From positions 128,001 through 192,000 of the forward strand of contig CAWGRW010000009.1 in NCBI GenBank assembly GCA_963825135.1: DNA of 64,000 nt, written 5' to 3'. Numbering within the stretch: position 1 is the first letter of the stretch; every line of letters starts with the position of its first letter. The notes beneath the pieces are model-generated. The model saw nothing but the letters and a program-made list of their open reading frames with translations, searched no databases and was not told the DNA's origin. Source of the DNA: an uncultured bacterium. GTDB lineage: Bacteria; Desulfobacterota_D; UBA1144; Nemesobacterales; UBA2774. Of the stretch, positions 30,595 to 40,838 are shown piece by piece. Position numbers and translations under genes: made by a program.

Positions 30595-31704
30595 CTACCC
30601 CGCCTGGCCCAGGAACCTGAGCCATCTGTAATGGGAGATGAGCCCGGAGAAGAAGCCTTTGTAGGCATAATAGGTAACGCTGTATTCCCTGCACGTCTCC
30701 TCGACAATGCGGGAGAGCGCGGGATAGTTTACGTGGCATATCTTGGGGAACAGGTGGTGCTCCACCTGGTAGTTGAGCCCGCCCAGGTACCACGTCAGGA
30801 AATGGTTGTCCTTGCCGAAGTCCGTGGTGGTGCTCAGCTGATGCACCATCCAGCTCGTGTCCATCTGCTGCGTTTCCCCCGAGTGCATGGGGAACCCCGC
30901 GTCCTCGTTGCAGTGGGCCAGCTGGAACACGACCGACATTATGAGCCCCTGCAGGAACGCGACCAGCATGTAGAACACGATTACGTAGAGGACCGGATAG
31001 AAGAAGAGCGGTATCACGAAAGCCATGGTGAGGAAGAATATCTTCCCCGAGAAAAAAATTACCGCGTCCCACCCCGCGGGTCGGTCTATCTCGTGCCCGT
31101 TGATCTTGTTCGTAAAAAAGGTGTAGAAGTCGTCGAACAGGTGCCACTTGATCGCGAGGAACCCGTACAGGGGCCATATATACAAGTGCTGGTAGCGGTG
31201 AAAGAAATACCTTTTATGATGGGGGCTCAGGCGCGCGAAGATACCCGCCTCTATGTCGTCGTCGTGCCCCGCTATGTTGGGATAGGAATGGTGGAAGTAG
31301 TTGTGCTTCCTGTACCAGAAATACGAGCTCCCCCCGATGAGGTCGAGGAAGTGTCCCATCAGCTTGTTCACCCACGGGCGCTCGGAATATGCCCCGTGGA
31401 GCGCGTCGTGCATCACATTGAAGGAGAGCGCGTTTAACGCGACGCCCAGGGATACGGCGGCGAGTATCAGGCCCCAGACCGGGAGTCCCGCGAATACCAG
31501 GAGTGAATACGAAGCCGCCACCCACAGAACAGCGATAAGCGTCTTGAGATACATCCGGGCGTTGTCCTTCTTCGATACGGCGTTCTCCTCGAAGTAAACC
31601 GAAACCCGTTTCTTGAGCTCCTTCTCGAACTCCGTGTTCGGGGTAAAGCGTATCTTCGTGTTCGCGATGGAGTTATTGTCCGCTGAAGTGTTGAGCTGAG
31701 CCAT
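30595..31704 (-). CDS. Membrane fatty acid (acyl-CoA) desaturase
   Basis: His boxes HDALH, HNYFHH, QVEHHLFP. Confidence 0.9.
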   Translation of the reverse strand: MAQLNTSADNNSIANTKIRFTPNTEFEKELKKRVSVYFEENAVSKKDNARMYLKTLIAVLWVAASYSLLVFAGLPVWGLILAAVSLGVALNALSFNVMHDALHGAYSERPWVNKLMGHFLDLIGGSSYFWYRKHNYFHHSYPNIAGHDDDIEAGIFARLSPHHKRYFFHRYQHLYIWPLYGFLAIKWHLFDDFYTFFTNKINGHEIDRPAGWDAVIFFSGKIFFLTMAFVIPLFFYPVLYVIVFYMLVAFLQGLIMSVVFQLAHCNEDAGFPMHSGETQQMDTSWMVHQLSTTTDFGKDNHFLTWYLGGLNYQVEHHLFPKICHVNYPALSRIVEETCREYSVTYYAYKGFFSGLISHYRWLRFLGQAG

Positions 31705-32139
31705 AGTATGATTAGACAGGCAGTGATCCGCGTTCGGCAGTATCGAATACGACTCCGCAACCGATAATAACTGAAGCCTCAAGTGTCCGAGCCGGCACTA
31801 CGTTAAATCCCGACATTCGGCGCATTCGGTAATTCAAATACGGCAATCAACCGGACCTGTCAAATTCCCCTTTTCTAACCCTGCAATTTTTCACTCTCGA
31901 GCCTGTATATCAACGATTAGATCCGGATGAGTGGTTGAAGGGCAAATTTATTAGGCGGATAGTATAACATTTTCACCGCCGAGTACAACGGGTGCACACA
32001 CGTTGTGTGATCTTGCGATCTCTCCGAACTTTAATAATTCGTCCGTGTCCGCGTGCCTCCGCTCAGGCGGCGCCGGTTCTCCCATGGAAAGAAGCAGCTC
32101 CCGGAGTACGCATAAGGAAATCAATGACTTAGGAAGAAT

Positions 32140-32224
32140 TGGTGCGAGAGGGGGGAGTCGAACCCCCACACGGTTAGGTACAGGAGCCTAAGTCCTGCGC
32201 GTCTGCCAGTTCCGCCACTCTCGC
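32140..32224 (-). tRNA. tRNA-Leu(TAG)
   Basis: GCGAGAG...CAGGA-CTTAGGC-TCCTG, long variable arm, CCA. Confidence 0.96.
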
Positions 32225-32227
32225 ATA

Positions 32228-32304
32228 TGGTGGGCTGTGAGGGAATCGAACCCACGGCCCGATGATTAAGAGTCATCTGCTCTGCCAGACTGAGCTAACA
32301 GCCC
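32228..32304 (-). tRNA. tRNA-Lys(CTT)
   Basis: GGGCTGT...GATGA-CTCTTAA-TCATC...ACAGCCC A CCA. Confidence 0.96.
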
Positions 32305-32402
32305 ACACCACAATCAAGAGTACTTAGAATACCTTAAATCAAGATAAATTTGGAGTACGCCGGCAGAGGGCCGGCCTACTTAAATATATACAGAGAGAGT
32401 CT

Positions 32403-32430
32403 ATTATAACGACCTTATTCTCAAAATCAA
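32403..32430 (-). promoter_or_regulatory. sigma70-like promoter of the tRNA-Lys/Leu operon
   Basis: TTGATT-N16-TATAAT. Confidence 0.5.
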
Positions 32431-32524
32431 CGTTTTATATTCTGTAATTATGACTTTGCGGTAAATACAAGTCTTCATTGAGCAGGATATCCGTTATTTT
32501 GTTCGGATTCCGTAATTACCATCA

Positions 32525-34204
32525 TCATACAGGGGTCAGATGAGCCTCTATTATTCGTCTCACCTCTTCAGGGCTCTCGGACAAAAGCACGTCCTTCTGC
32601 CACTGAGTGTCCCGGCACATCCGGGCGAGCATCCCCAGGACTTCGACATGGCTCGTCGGCTGCTCGGCGGGCGACAGCATCAGAAACATTATCTTCGCGA
32701 CCCTTCCGGTATCCTTGTCCCTTATTCCGGACTTGCCGACTCCGAGCGCGATCACCGGACTGGTTATTCCATCTATACGGGCGTGCGGCATCAGAATCTC
32801 CTCTCCCGCGAACGTGCCCCCTTGCCTCTCCCGCTCCATGAGAGCAGCCCAGGCCGAATCCTTTATCTTGGGGAAATCGCCGCAGCAGGCGCCTAAAAGC
32901 TCTTTCATCGCATCCTCCTTATCGATGGGCTTCTTCCATACGGCGACTTTAATGTCGGAAAGCGGAGACTCGGGAATAACCGGGATAACCTCCTTATCCC
33001 AATCCGTCTCCAGGGGTTCGGGGATGGGTTGCCTGTACGTACCGTCGTCGCGGATCGCCCCCGTGTCGATCACGACTATATTTATCCCCTCGCTCTCCGT
33101 TATCAGCCGCTCGACGATGCTTACCTGACCGAGGAGCCTCCTCCAGAGGGGGTATTTCCCCCTTGTAGAGCCCACGACGATGTGCCCGACTCTGTATTCC
33201 TTGGCGAACTGGAGTATGGTCTTCACGACGTCGTCACCCTTGTATGTGAACACAGTGGCGCCCAGCTGCTGCGCGAGCGCGAGGGTGTTCGACAGGATAC
33301 GCTGCGTCTCCGCGTCTATCATCGTCGGCCTCTCGCCCGATGTCTGCACATAGAGCGCGTACCAGTTCCTGTTGAGCCTTCCCGCGAGGCGGGACGTGTA
33401 GCGCAGGAGCGCCTCGCTGTTCGGTCCCCTCGAGCTCATACAAACCATCACCTGGTCCGGGCTCGACGGGGTCTCCCCTTCAGTGGATTCCCTTCTGCGG
33501 GAATCGATCTGCGCGGCGAGCTCTCTCAGCGTGAGCTCGCGGAGCTGCTCGAGGTTCGTCTGCGTGAAGAAATGCTCGAGCGCGGTATCTATCCTCTCCT
33601 TCGTGTATACCTTCCCTTCGGCGAGCCGCTGGCGGAGGTCCTCCGTTGTGACGTCCACATTCACGAGCTGGTCCGCTTCGGCGACGACGCGGTCAGGGAT
33701 ACGCTCTCTCACTCTCACGCCCGTCGCGCGCTCTATGGTCTCGTAAAGGCTTTCGAGGTGCTGCACGTTGAGTGTGGAGATTACGTGAATCCCGGCAGAT
33801 AGTATATCCTCCACGTCCTGATAACGCTTGGCGTTCCTGCTCCCGGGGACGTTAGTGTGCGCAAGCTCGTCCACGAGCACGACTTCGGGGCGGCGGTCGA
33901 GAATTGCGTTCAGGTCCATCTCTCCGATCTCTATCCCCCTGTAGCTGGTCTTTCTCCGCGGAATAAGTTCGAGGCCTCCGAGAAGAGCCTCCGTCTCCTT
34001 CCTGCCGTGCGTCTCGACGAGCCCGACCACTACGTCTATGCCGCCCTCTTTCAGGCGGCGGCCTTCGAGAAGCATCTCGTACGTCTTGCCGACGCCGGCC
34101 GAGTATCCGAGGTAGATTTTTAGCTTGCCGCGCTGAGACCTGCGTATCATTCGGAGGAAGCTGTCCGCGCGGTTACCGCTCACTCGATCGATCGATTCTC
34201 CCAT
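32525..34204 (-). CDS. kdpD: Soluble KdpD N-terminal domain + Usp domain fused to a PTS EIIA-like domain; no TM or kinase domain
   Basis: GKLKIYLGYSAGVGKTY, VDELAHTN, NVQHLESL; Usp; C-terminal ERE.QGGT...MPHAR. Confidence 0.88.
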   Translation of the reverse strand: MGESIDRVSGNRADSFLRMIRRSQRGKLKIYLGYSAGVGKTYEMLLEGRRLKEGGIDVVVGLVETHGRKETEALLGGLELIPRRKTSYRGIEIGEMDLNAILDRRPEVVLVDELAHTNVPGSRNAKRYQDVEDILSAGIHVISTLNVQHLESLYETIERATGVRVRERIPDRVVAEADQLVNVDVTTEDLRQRLAEGKVYTKERIDTALEHFFTQTNLEQLRELTLRELAAQIDSRRRESTEGETPSSPDQVMVCMSSRGPNSEALLRYTSRLAGRLNRNWYALYVQTSGERPTMIDAETQRILSNTLALAQQLGATVFTYKGDDVVKTILQFAKEYRVGHIVVGSTRGKYPLWRRLLGQVSIVERLITESEGINIVVIDTGAIRDDGTYRQPIPEPLETDWDKEVIPVIPESPLSDIKVAVWKKPIDKEDAMKELLGACCGDFPKIKDSAWAALMERERQGGTFAGEEILMPHARIDGITSPVIALGVGKSGIRDKDTGRVAKIMFLMLSPAEQPTSHVEVLGMLARMCRDTQWQKDVLLSESPEEVRRIIEAHLTPV

Positions 34205-34225
34205 AATTTTCTCTTTGCCGCACCG

Positions 34226-34813
34226 TCAATGAACTGTCTTATCGAGCTCGATATTCAAGAGCAGCACGTTCACGAGCGGCTCGGGCGTGAGCACCCCGCC
34301 GGTCTTCAAGGCATGGTTTTCGATGATGCCCATTACTTCCTCTTCCGAGAGGCCGCGCGCCTTTGCCACCCGTTTCGCCTGATACCTCGCAGCTTCGAGA
34401 GTTATATGCGGGTCGAGCCCGCCGCCGGACGCCGTCACAAGGTCAGCCGGTATAGGGTTGTCCGCCGTAGTCCCCTCGAGACCGATTATCTCCAGAGCCC
34501 TCTCGCGGACCTTGGGATTGGTCGGTGAGAGGTTGCTTCCGCCTGCCCCCGCGGCGTTGTAATCTACCGCGGAAGGTCTCGGCCAGAAATACTCCGGTCG
34601 TGTAAACTTCTGAGCGATAAGCTCGCTCCCGATTACTTTACCCTGTGCGTCCGTTACGAGCGAGCCTTCAGCCGTATGCGGCGTAAGGGCCTGGCCGATT
34701 GCGAATATCAGAAGCGTGTACAGAGCACAGCAGACGGCCATCGTGAAAATCACGACCCTTATTGAGGTAACAAGCTGCCGGGCCACTCCGAGATTTTCTT
34801 TATCTTCTTTCAT
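34226..34813 (-). CDS. kdpC: K+-transporting ATPase subunit C
   Basis: GSELIAQ.F, YFWPRPSA, TASGGGLDPHI, VNVLLLN. Confidence 0.96.
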   Translation of the reverse strand: MKEDKENLGVARQLVTSIRVVIFTMAVCCALYTLLIFAIGQALTPHTAEGSLVTDAQGKVIGSELIAQKFTRPEYFWPRPSAVDYNAAGAGGSNLSPTNPKVRERALEIIGLEGTTADNPIPADLVTASGGGLDPHITLEAARYQAKRVAKARGLSEEEVMGIIENHALKTGGVLTPEPLVNVLLLNIELDKTVH

Positions 34814-34824
34814 AGTTGCGCCTC

Positions 34825-36900
34825 CTAAAAGAGCCCCGTGATGCTGAGAGCCATGTCGATTAATTTTATCCCGATAAAAGGCACGATGACCCCTCCGATG
34901 CCGTATACGAGGAGGTTCTTTCTCAGGAGAGTCTCCGCTCCGACAGGCCTGTATTTAACCCCCCTTATAGCGAGCGGTATCAGGATCGGTATAACGATCG
35001 CGTTAAAGATCAGCGCAGACAGAATTGCGCTCTCGGGAGTACGCAGGCCCATGATGTTGAGCGCTGTGAGCCCCGGTATCGCCAGTATAAAGATAGCGGG
35101 GATGATCGCGAAATATTTTGCCACGTCGTTGGCGATGGAGAAGGTCGTTATCGCCCCCCTCGTTATCAGTAGCTGCTTTCCGATCTCTATCACCTCGATG
35201 AGCTTCGTTGGGTCGCTGTCGAGGTCGACCATGTTGCCCGCTTCCTTCGCGGCCTGGGTGCCGGAGTTCATGGCGACGCCTATGTCCGCCTGTGCCAGCG
35301 CGGGCGCGTCGTTCGTCCCGTCCCCCATCATGGCGACGAGCCTCCCGGAACGCTGCTCCCGGCGTATGTATTCGAGCTTATCCTCGGGCTTGGCTTCGGC
35401 GATGAAATCAGATACCCCCGCCTCATGCGCAATCGCCGCTGCCGTAAGCGGGTTATCGCCCGTCACCATGACGACCCGAAGCCCCATTGCACAGAGCCTG
35501 AAGATACGGTCCCTTATACCCGGCTTGAGCACGTCGGAAAGCGATATGACCCCGAGAATTTCCTTCCCCTCGGCGACAGCTATCGGCGTGCTCCCCCCCT
35601 TCGCTACCCCGTCCACTATACCCTGATAGGATTCGGGGACCGAGCCCCCGGCATCTATCACAAAAGTCCTGATGGCGTCGGGGGCCCCCTTCCTGAAACG
35701 CCGCCCGTCCCCGGCATCGAGCCCGCTGAGACGGGTCTGCGCGGTGAAGGGGATGATCTCGCCCAAAGTCTCTCCGGGAGCCATGCTCCCCAGCGTTTCC
35801 GCGCCGAGTCTCACTATAGACTTTCCTTCGGGAGTGAGGTCACCGAAGGACGCGTACATCGCGGCTGCGGCAATGCTCTCGCGCGTAACGTTCGGGATGG
35901 GGAAATACTCGGTCGCCTGGCGGTCGCCGATAGTTATCGTGCCCGTCTTGTCGAGAAGAAGCGTGTCGATGTCCCCCGCGAGCTCTACCGCCTTTCCGCT
36001 CTTGGCCAGCACGTTGGCCGAGAGCGCCCTGTCCATTCCCGCAAGCCCGATCGCGGCCAACAGAGCGCCGATCGTCGTCGGTATCAGGCATACGAGCAGC
36101 GCGACGAGAGTGGGGATCGGAATCACGACGCCGAAATATTTACCAATCGGATAGAGCGCTCCCGTCACCATAAGGAAGGCAAGAGTCAGCCCGGCAAGAG
36201 TCACCGTAAGCGCAAGCTCGTTCGGAGTCTTCTGGCGCACAGCGCCCTCCACGAGCGCTATCATGCGGTCGAGGAACGATTCGCCAGCGCCCGCGGTGAT
36301 GCGCACCTTTATGAAGTCCGACAGGACGCGAGTGCCGCCTGTAACTCCCGAGCGGTCGCCGCCGGCTTCCCTCACTACGGGAGCGGATTCTCCCGTGATG
36401 GCGGATTCGTCCACGCTGGCGACGCCCTCTATCACCTCGCCGTCGTTCGGTATGACTTCCCCGACCGACACGTACACGATGTCCCCTTGCCTGAGCTCAT
36501 CCGAGCTCACCTCTTCCGTACGCCCGTTCACGATCCTCCGCGCAAGCGTCTTCCGCCTCGTCTTCTTCAGCGTATCAGCCTGCGCCTTCCCCCTCGCCTC
36601 TGCGAGAGCCTCTGCGAAGTTCGCGAAGAGAACGGTCAGCCAGAGTATCAATGTCACCCATAGGGTGTAGAAAACGGCTTTGCTGCCGCTGGAGATATTC
36701 ATAACCAGCACGAGAGTGGTCACAGCCGCCCCTATCTCGGTCACGAACATTACAGGGTTACGAGCCATCGTGACGGGATTCAGCATTAAAAAGGACTTTT
36801 TCACCGCAGCCGCCACAAGCTCACTTTCGAATAGGGAGGCCTTGCGGACCTTCCTTCTCTCGAGCTTTGCTAGTTCATTTACGTGTTGTGTATCAGTCAT
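34825..36900 (-). CDS. kdpB: K+-transporting ATPase subunit B
   Basis: [25 protein letters not shown]. Confidence 0.98.
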   Translation of the reverse strand: MTDTQHVNELAKLERRKVRKASLFESELVAAAVKKSFLMLNPVTMARNPVMFVTEIGAAVTTLVLVMNISSGSKAVFYTLWVTLILWLTVLFANFAEALAEARGKAQADTLKKTRRKTLARRIVNGRTEEVSSDELRQGDIVYVSVGEVIPNDGEVIEGVASVDESAITGESAPVVREAGGDRSGVTGGTRVLSDFIKVRITAGAGESFLDRMIALVEGAVRQKTPNELALTVTLAGLTLAFLMVTGALYPIGKYFGVVIPIPTLVALLVCLIPTTIGALLAAIGLAGMDRALSANVLAKSGKAVELAGDIDTLLLDKTGTITIGDRQATEYFPIPNVTRESIAAAAMYASFGDLTPEGKSIVRLGAETLGSMAPGETLGEIIPFTAQTRLSGLDAGDGRRFRKGAPDAIRTFVIDAGGSVPESYQGIVDGVAKGGSTPIAVAEGKEILGVISLSDVLKPGIRDRIFRLCAMGLRVVMVTGDNPLTAAAIAHEAGVSDFIAEAKPEDKLEYIRREQRSGRLVAMMGDGTNDAPALAQADIGVAMNSGTQAAKEAGNMVDLDSDPTKLIEVIEIGKQLLITRGAITTFSIANDVAKYFAIIPAIFILAIPGLTALNIMGLRTPESAILSALIFNAIVIPILIPLAIRGVKYRPVGAETLLRKNLLVYGIGGVIVPFIGIKLIDMALSITGLF

Positions 36901-36941
36901 AGTTTCAGTTCCTCTCTTATTACTGTAAGGTGTCTCACGAT

Positions 36942-38624
36942 TTACTTATACATAGCCGCCGACGTGACTTGCTCGTTAATAGGCCCGAGCACCGCGACCG
37001 GCATGAACAAAAGCGCCCCGATCAGGATAACGGTCCCGAGGATCACGAATCCGAATAAAAGAGTATCAGTTCGCAGCGTACCCGTAGTCTCGGGTGACGG
37101 TTTCTTCACGGCAAGAGACCCCGCTATAGCGAGCGGCAGTACTATCGGTATGAACCGCGCGAAGAGCATGACGAGGCCCGTCGCGACGTTCCAGGGTATA
37201 GTACCGTCTCCCAGTCCCTCGAACCCGGAGCCGTTGTTCGCGGCGGCAGAGCTGAACTCATACAAAATCTCCGAGAAGCCGTGAGCGCCGGGATTGAGAA
37301 CCGTCGCAGCACCCCACGCGGTCGCGGAGAAAAGAGCCGCGCCGAGGAGGATAAAGAAAGGATGTGCGAGCAGAGCGAGAAGCGCGAGCTTCATCTCCCT
37401 CGTCTCCACCTTCTTCGTGAGGTATTCGGGCGTCCTCCCCACCATCATACCGCATATGAATACGCCTACAATGATATAGATGAACATGTTGATGAACCCG
37501 ACGCCTACGCCTCCGAAGGTCACGTTCAGCCACATGCCCGTGAGCGGGACAAGCCCGGTGAGGGGGTTAAGGCTGTCGTGCATCGCGTCGACGGAGCCGT
37601 TGCTCGTAGCCGTCGTCATCGTAGCCCAGAGGGGCCCCGCAGTGGTGCCGAAACGGAGCTCCTTACCCTCGAGGTTCATCGAATGCTCGACCGGGAGTCC
37701 CGTAAAGGCCGCAGTCGGGGCGCTCTCGAAATAGACAGCCAGACTGACGGTGCCGATGAGGATCGCCGCCATTGCCGCAAAAATCACGGCCGCGTGACGG
37801 ATCCTCCTGGTTATCCTGCCGAACATCCAGACAGAGGACATCGCTATAAGCACTATGCTGACGCATTCGACTATGTTGGTGAAAAATGTCGGGTTCTCGA
37901 AAGGATGAGCCGAGTTCGGACCGAACCAGCCTCCGCCGTTCGTCCCAATCTGCTTGATGGCGGCGAACGCCGCCACCGGGCCCCGAGCGATCGTCTGCGC
38001 AACGCCTTCGAGCGTTTCCGCAGCCGCAGCGCCGTGGAAGGTCATCGGTGTGCCGCCCAATACCAGGAGCGCCGCTACGACTACCGCAATCGGCAGAAGA
38101 ACGAGCAACGTGGCGTTAAGTAAGTCTTTGTAGAAGTTCCCGAGCTTCGGTTTTCCCGAAAGCCCCCTCGAAAGCGCCGCGAGCGCCGCGATGCCTGTCG
38201 CGGCGGAGACGAACTGGAGCCACATGAGTGCGAAGAGCTGCGAGAGATAGCTCATCGAGACCTCGCCCGAATAATGCTGGAGGTTCGTGTTCGTCGTGAA
38301 AGAAGCCGCGGTATTGAATATGGTGCTAGGCTCGAGCGCTCCCTTTGCGTCCGGGTTTAAGGGCAGGTACTGCTGAGCCGCCATGATCGCAAATACGACC
38401 ACGAACATCACAGCATTGAACAGCAACAAAGAAAGCGAGTACCGCTTCCAGTCCTGCTCCTTATCGATAAAGCCCCCGCAGACATTCCGGAATAGCTTTG
38501 TGAAGCGCCCCCTCCACCCTTTTTCAGGGTCGCGCGGGTCCATAGACCACGTCATGGCCTTTCCCAAAGGCCATGAAAGAAGGGCGGGAATCGCCAGAAC
38601 AATAATTATAAACAGCAGTGACAT
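36942..38624 (-). CDS. kdpA: K+-transporting ATPase subunit A
   Basis: [30 protein letters not shown]. Confidence 0.98.
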   Translation of the reverse strand: MSLLFIIIVLAIPALLSWPLGKAMTWSMDPRDPEKGWRGRFTKLFRNVCGGFIDKEQDWKRYSLSLLLFNAVMFVVVFAIMAAQQYLPLNPDAKGALEPSTIFNTAASFTTNTNLQHYSGEVSMSYLSQLFALMWLQFVSAATGIAALAALSRGLSGKPKLGNFYKDLLNATLLVLLPIAVVVAALLVLGGTPMTFHGAAAAETLEGVAQTIARGPVAAFAAIKQIGTNGGGWFGPNSAHPFENPTFFTNIVECVSIVLIAMSSVWMFGRITRRIRHAAVIFAAMAAILIGTVSLAVYFESAPTAAFTGLPVEHSMNLEGKELRFGTTAGPLWATMTTATSNGSVDAMHDSLNPLTGLVPLTGMWLNVTFGGVGVGFINMFIYIIVGVFICGMMVGRTPEYLTKKVETREMKLALLALLAHPFFILLGAALFSATAWGAATVLNPGAHGFSEILYEFSSAAANNGSGFEGLGDGTIPWNVATGLVMLFARFIPIVLPLAIAGSLAVKKPSPETTGTLRTDTLLFGFVILGTVILIGALLFMPVAVLGPINEQVTSAAMYK

Positions 38625-38636
38625 ATCGTATCTCCT

Positions 38637-38717
38637 CTAAAAGCGCTCAGGATCAATAATCGCGTAAACCAGGTAAAAAAAACAGAAAATCAGAACAATC
38701 GACGCTATCCACAGCAT
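38637..38717 (-). CDS. kdpF: KdpF peptide, 26 aa
   Basis: Hand translation MLWIASIVLIFCFFYLVYAIIDPERF; AGGAGG RBS; YL.YA...PERF signature; directly before kdpA. Confidence 0.92.
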   Translation of the reverse strand: MLWIASIVLIFCFFYLVYAIIDPERF

Positions 38718-38726
38718 TTGAGCCTC

Positions 38727-38810
38727 CTATATTTTTTCCAAAAAGACCGTCATTATTCCCAGCAGGATAAAAACTATCAAGCCAAGAGCCAGCATTATAA
38801 ACATCAGCAT
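38727..38810 (-). CDS. Second small single-TM peptide of the kdp operon, 27 aa
   Basis: GAGGAG RBS, MLMFIMLALGLIVFILLGIMTVFLEKI; fills the gap between the kinase and kdpF. Confidence 0.7.
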   Translation of the reverse strand: MLMFIMLALGLIVFILLGIMTVFLEKI

Positions 38811-38824
38811 TTTCTTATGCCTCC

Positions 38825-40678
38825 TCAAGCGTGGTGAATTCGTAATTCAGTTAAATGCCGTTCCATCGGCAGCGTGAACTCGAACGAGGAACCTTTCCCC
38901 CGTTCACTTTTCACGCCGACGACCCCCCCGTGCGCCTCTACTATCTCCTTCACTATCGCCAGACCGAGGCCCACTCCCGACTTCTCGTCCTGCCCGGGAA
39001 CACGGTAGAACTGCTCGAACAGTCTCGTGATGTGTTCGGGCGGAATACCTTCCCCGGTATCTTCAACCGAGAAGCGTATAAAGTCGTCTTCGTGCTCCGC
39101 CCGCACTATCACTACACCGCCGGGCTTGGTGAACCTCAGCGAGTTGGAAATAAGATTGGCGAACACGTGGCGTATTCTGAAAAGATCAGCCGGAATCTCA
39201 GGAAAGTCCTCCGGGACTCCGTTTATGATTGTCACACCTTTATCTTTCGCCTCCGTGAGGAACGGCTCTATGCCCTCCCTCGCGAGCGTATGCGGCGAAT
39301 AATTCCCGACATCGAGGTTCGTCTTTCCCGACTCCATTCTGTTTAAATCGAGCAGGTCGCTGAGTATGTTCACGAGTCTCTCGCTGTCCTCCCTCGCCGC
39401 GATCAAGAGGTCCGTCTGTTCCTTGTTGAGTGAACCCACTTTCTCTTCGAGCAGCAGGTAAACGGACATGCGGAGCGACGTCAGCGGGGTTTTCAGCTGA
39501 TGGGACACGGTTGAGACGACACCCCTCTTGAGCTCCTCCTGCTCATGCACCTGAGTAACATCACTCAGGATTATCGCGGACCCCGTATGTTCGCCCGACT
39601 TGGGCTTGATCGGGATAGGCACCGCAATGGGCCTGAAGAAATACTCGCGGCCATCGGCGAAACGCTGTACATCACCGTTTCCGGATTCCATCTTCACAAC
39701 CCTGTCCTCAGCGAGCGCTCTGCCTATCAGACCGGTCATCCATTCGTATCCGATGTCTTTAACAATAACACCCGGCATCAGCCCGAACATACGCTGAGCG
39801 GTGTCCGTCGACACCTCCACCCGCCCTTCCGCATCGAGAACGGCGATCGCGTCAGGCAGGGCCTTCACGACCTCTTCCATGGCCCTCCGCATCCGTATGA
39901 GGTTGAGCCTGTCGCTCTTCCTCACCTGCCTGAGTGCCGAAGTCATTTCGTTGAACGACTGCGAGAGCTTTCCTATCTCGTCGCGGGAGCTCGACTCTAT
40001 GACCAGGTCGAGGTTGCCGCGGCGTATTTCATCGGTCGATTCGATGAGCCTGTTTATCGGCCTCAATATCCAAGCGTGAGTCAGGTAGCTGAAGAGGACG
40101 GCAATAACGGCGGATGCTATGATTGCCGAAAGCATCTGTCTGTATGTGGAGGAGGCGAGCGCCCTCGCTTCGTCGTTCGCGTCGCTCATGCTCTTCTGAT
40201 TCATTAATAGAATTTCGTGCGCGAGTGTTTTAATCTTCTGGAAGAGAGGCAGGAGTTTCGAAAAGTAAGCCTCGTTCCGCGACTGAAAAGGCCGGGAGGC
40301 ATCCGTGACTAGCTGAATGCTATTTGTATATTCCCCGAAAAGCTTTTCAATCTCGCGGGTCTTTTCCCCCTCTCCGGGAAGCGTAATATTTCCGAACTCG
40401 GCCTTGAGAGCGGCCCTGAATTTTATCTTGTTATCGTTTATCAGGGTAATCCCCTCTTTATTGTTCCCCGCAAGAGTGAACAGGACGCCGCTGTCGATCC
40501 GCTCGAGCGTCTCTTTCATGTCCTGACAGGCGACAACGCTCAGATAGTTCTCCTTGAGTATTACGTCCACCGCATAACCGAGTTCCTTTATGCGCGACAT
40601 TGTGAGCAGCCCGATCACCACGACTATAGCTAGCAGTCCCCCGAACCCGAGGGCGAGTTTCTGGCGTATGCCTATCAT
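38825..40678 (-). CDS. Sensor histidine kinase (2 TM, HAMP, PAS-like, HisKA/HATPase)
   Basis: SRDEIGKL HAMP, VSHQLKTPLT, DTGEGI, GLGLAI; start uncertain (40678-40729). Confidence 0.92.
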   Translation of the reverse strand: MIGIRQKLALGFGGLLAIVVVIGLLTMSRIKELGYAVDVILKENYLSVVACQDMKETLERIDSGVLFTLAGNNKEGITLINDNKIKFRAALKAEFGNITLPGEGEKTREIEKLFGEYTNSIQLVTDASRPFQSRNEAYFSKLLPLFQKIKTLAHEILLMNQKSMSDANDEARALASSTYRQMLSAIIASAVIAVLFSYLTHAWILRPINRLIESTDEIRRGNLDLVIESSSRDEIGKLSQSFNEMTSALRQVRKSDRLNLIRMRRAMEEVVKALPDAIAVLDAEGRVEVSTDTAQRMFGLMPGVIVKDIGYEWMTGLIGRALAEDRVVKMESGNGDVQRFADGREYFFRPIAVPIPIKPKSGEHTGSAIILSDVTQVHEQEELKRGVVSTVSHQLKTPLTSLRMSVYLLLEEKVGSLNKEQTDLLIAAREDSERLVNILSDLLDLNRMESGKTNLDVGNYSPHTLAREGIEPFLTEAKDKGVTIINGVPEDFPEIPADLFRIRHVFANLISNSLRFTKPGGVVIVRAEHEDDFIRFSVEDTGEGIPPEHITRLFEQFYRVPGQDEKSGVGLGLAIVKEIVEAHGGVVGVKSERGKGSSFEFTLPMERHLTELRIHHA

Positions 40679-40699
40679 AGATTTAATTGAGATCATATT

Positions 40700-40812
40700 G
40701 CAAGAGTCGTACCCGGTCTTTGTGATCAAATTCTACAATTATATAAGGTAGTTATATTCGGCCAGCCTTGCAATACCCAACACGGAGGGCGATTAATAAT
40801 TGCATTATGCAA
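40700..40812 (-). promoter_or_regulatory. sigma54 promoter plus paired enhancer sites for the kinase-kdp operon
   Basis: GGTACGACTCTTGC (GG-N10-GC, 40700-40713); TTGCAATACCCAA at 40768-40780 and TTGCATTATGCAA at 40800-40812. Confidence 0.65.
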
Positions 40813-40838
40813 GGCAGATGGGCGAAAATCGGGCCCGG

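Noticed and set aside
38811..40838. c-di-AMP (ydaO) riboswitch ahead of kdp
   Set aside because: No room or recognisable motif; the intergenic space is explained by small ORFs and a sigma54 promoter.
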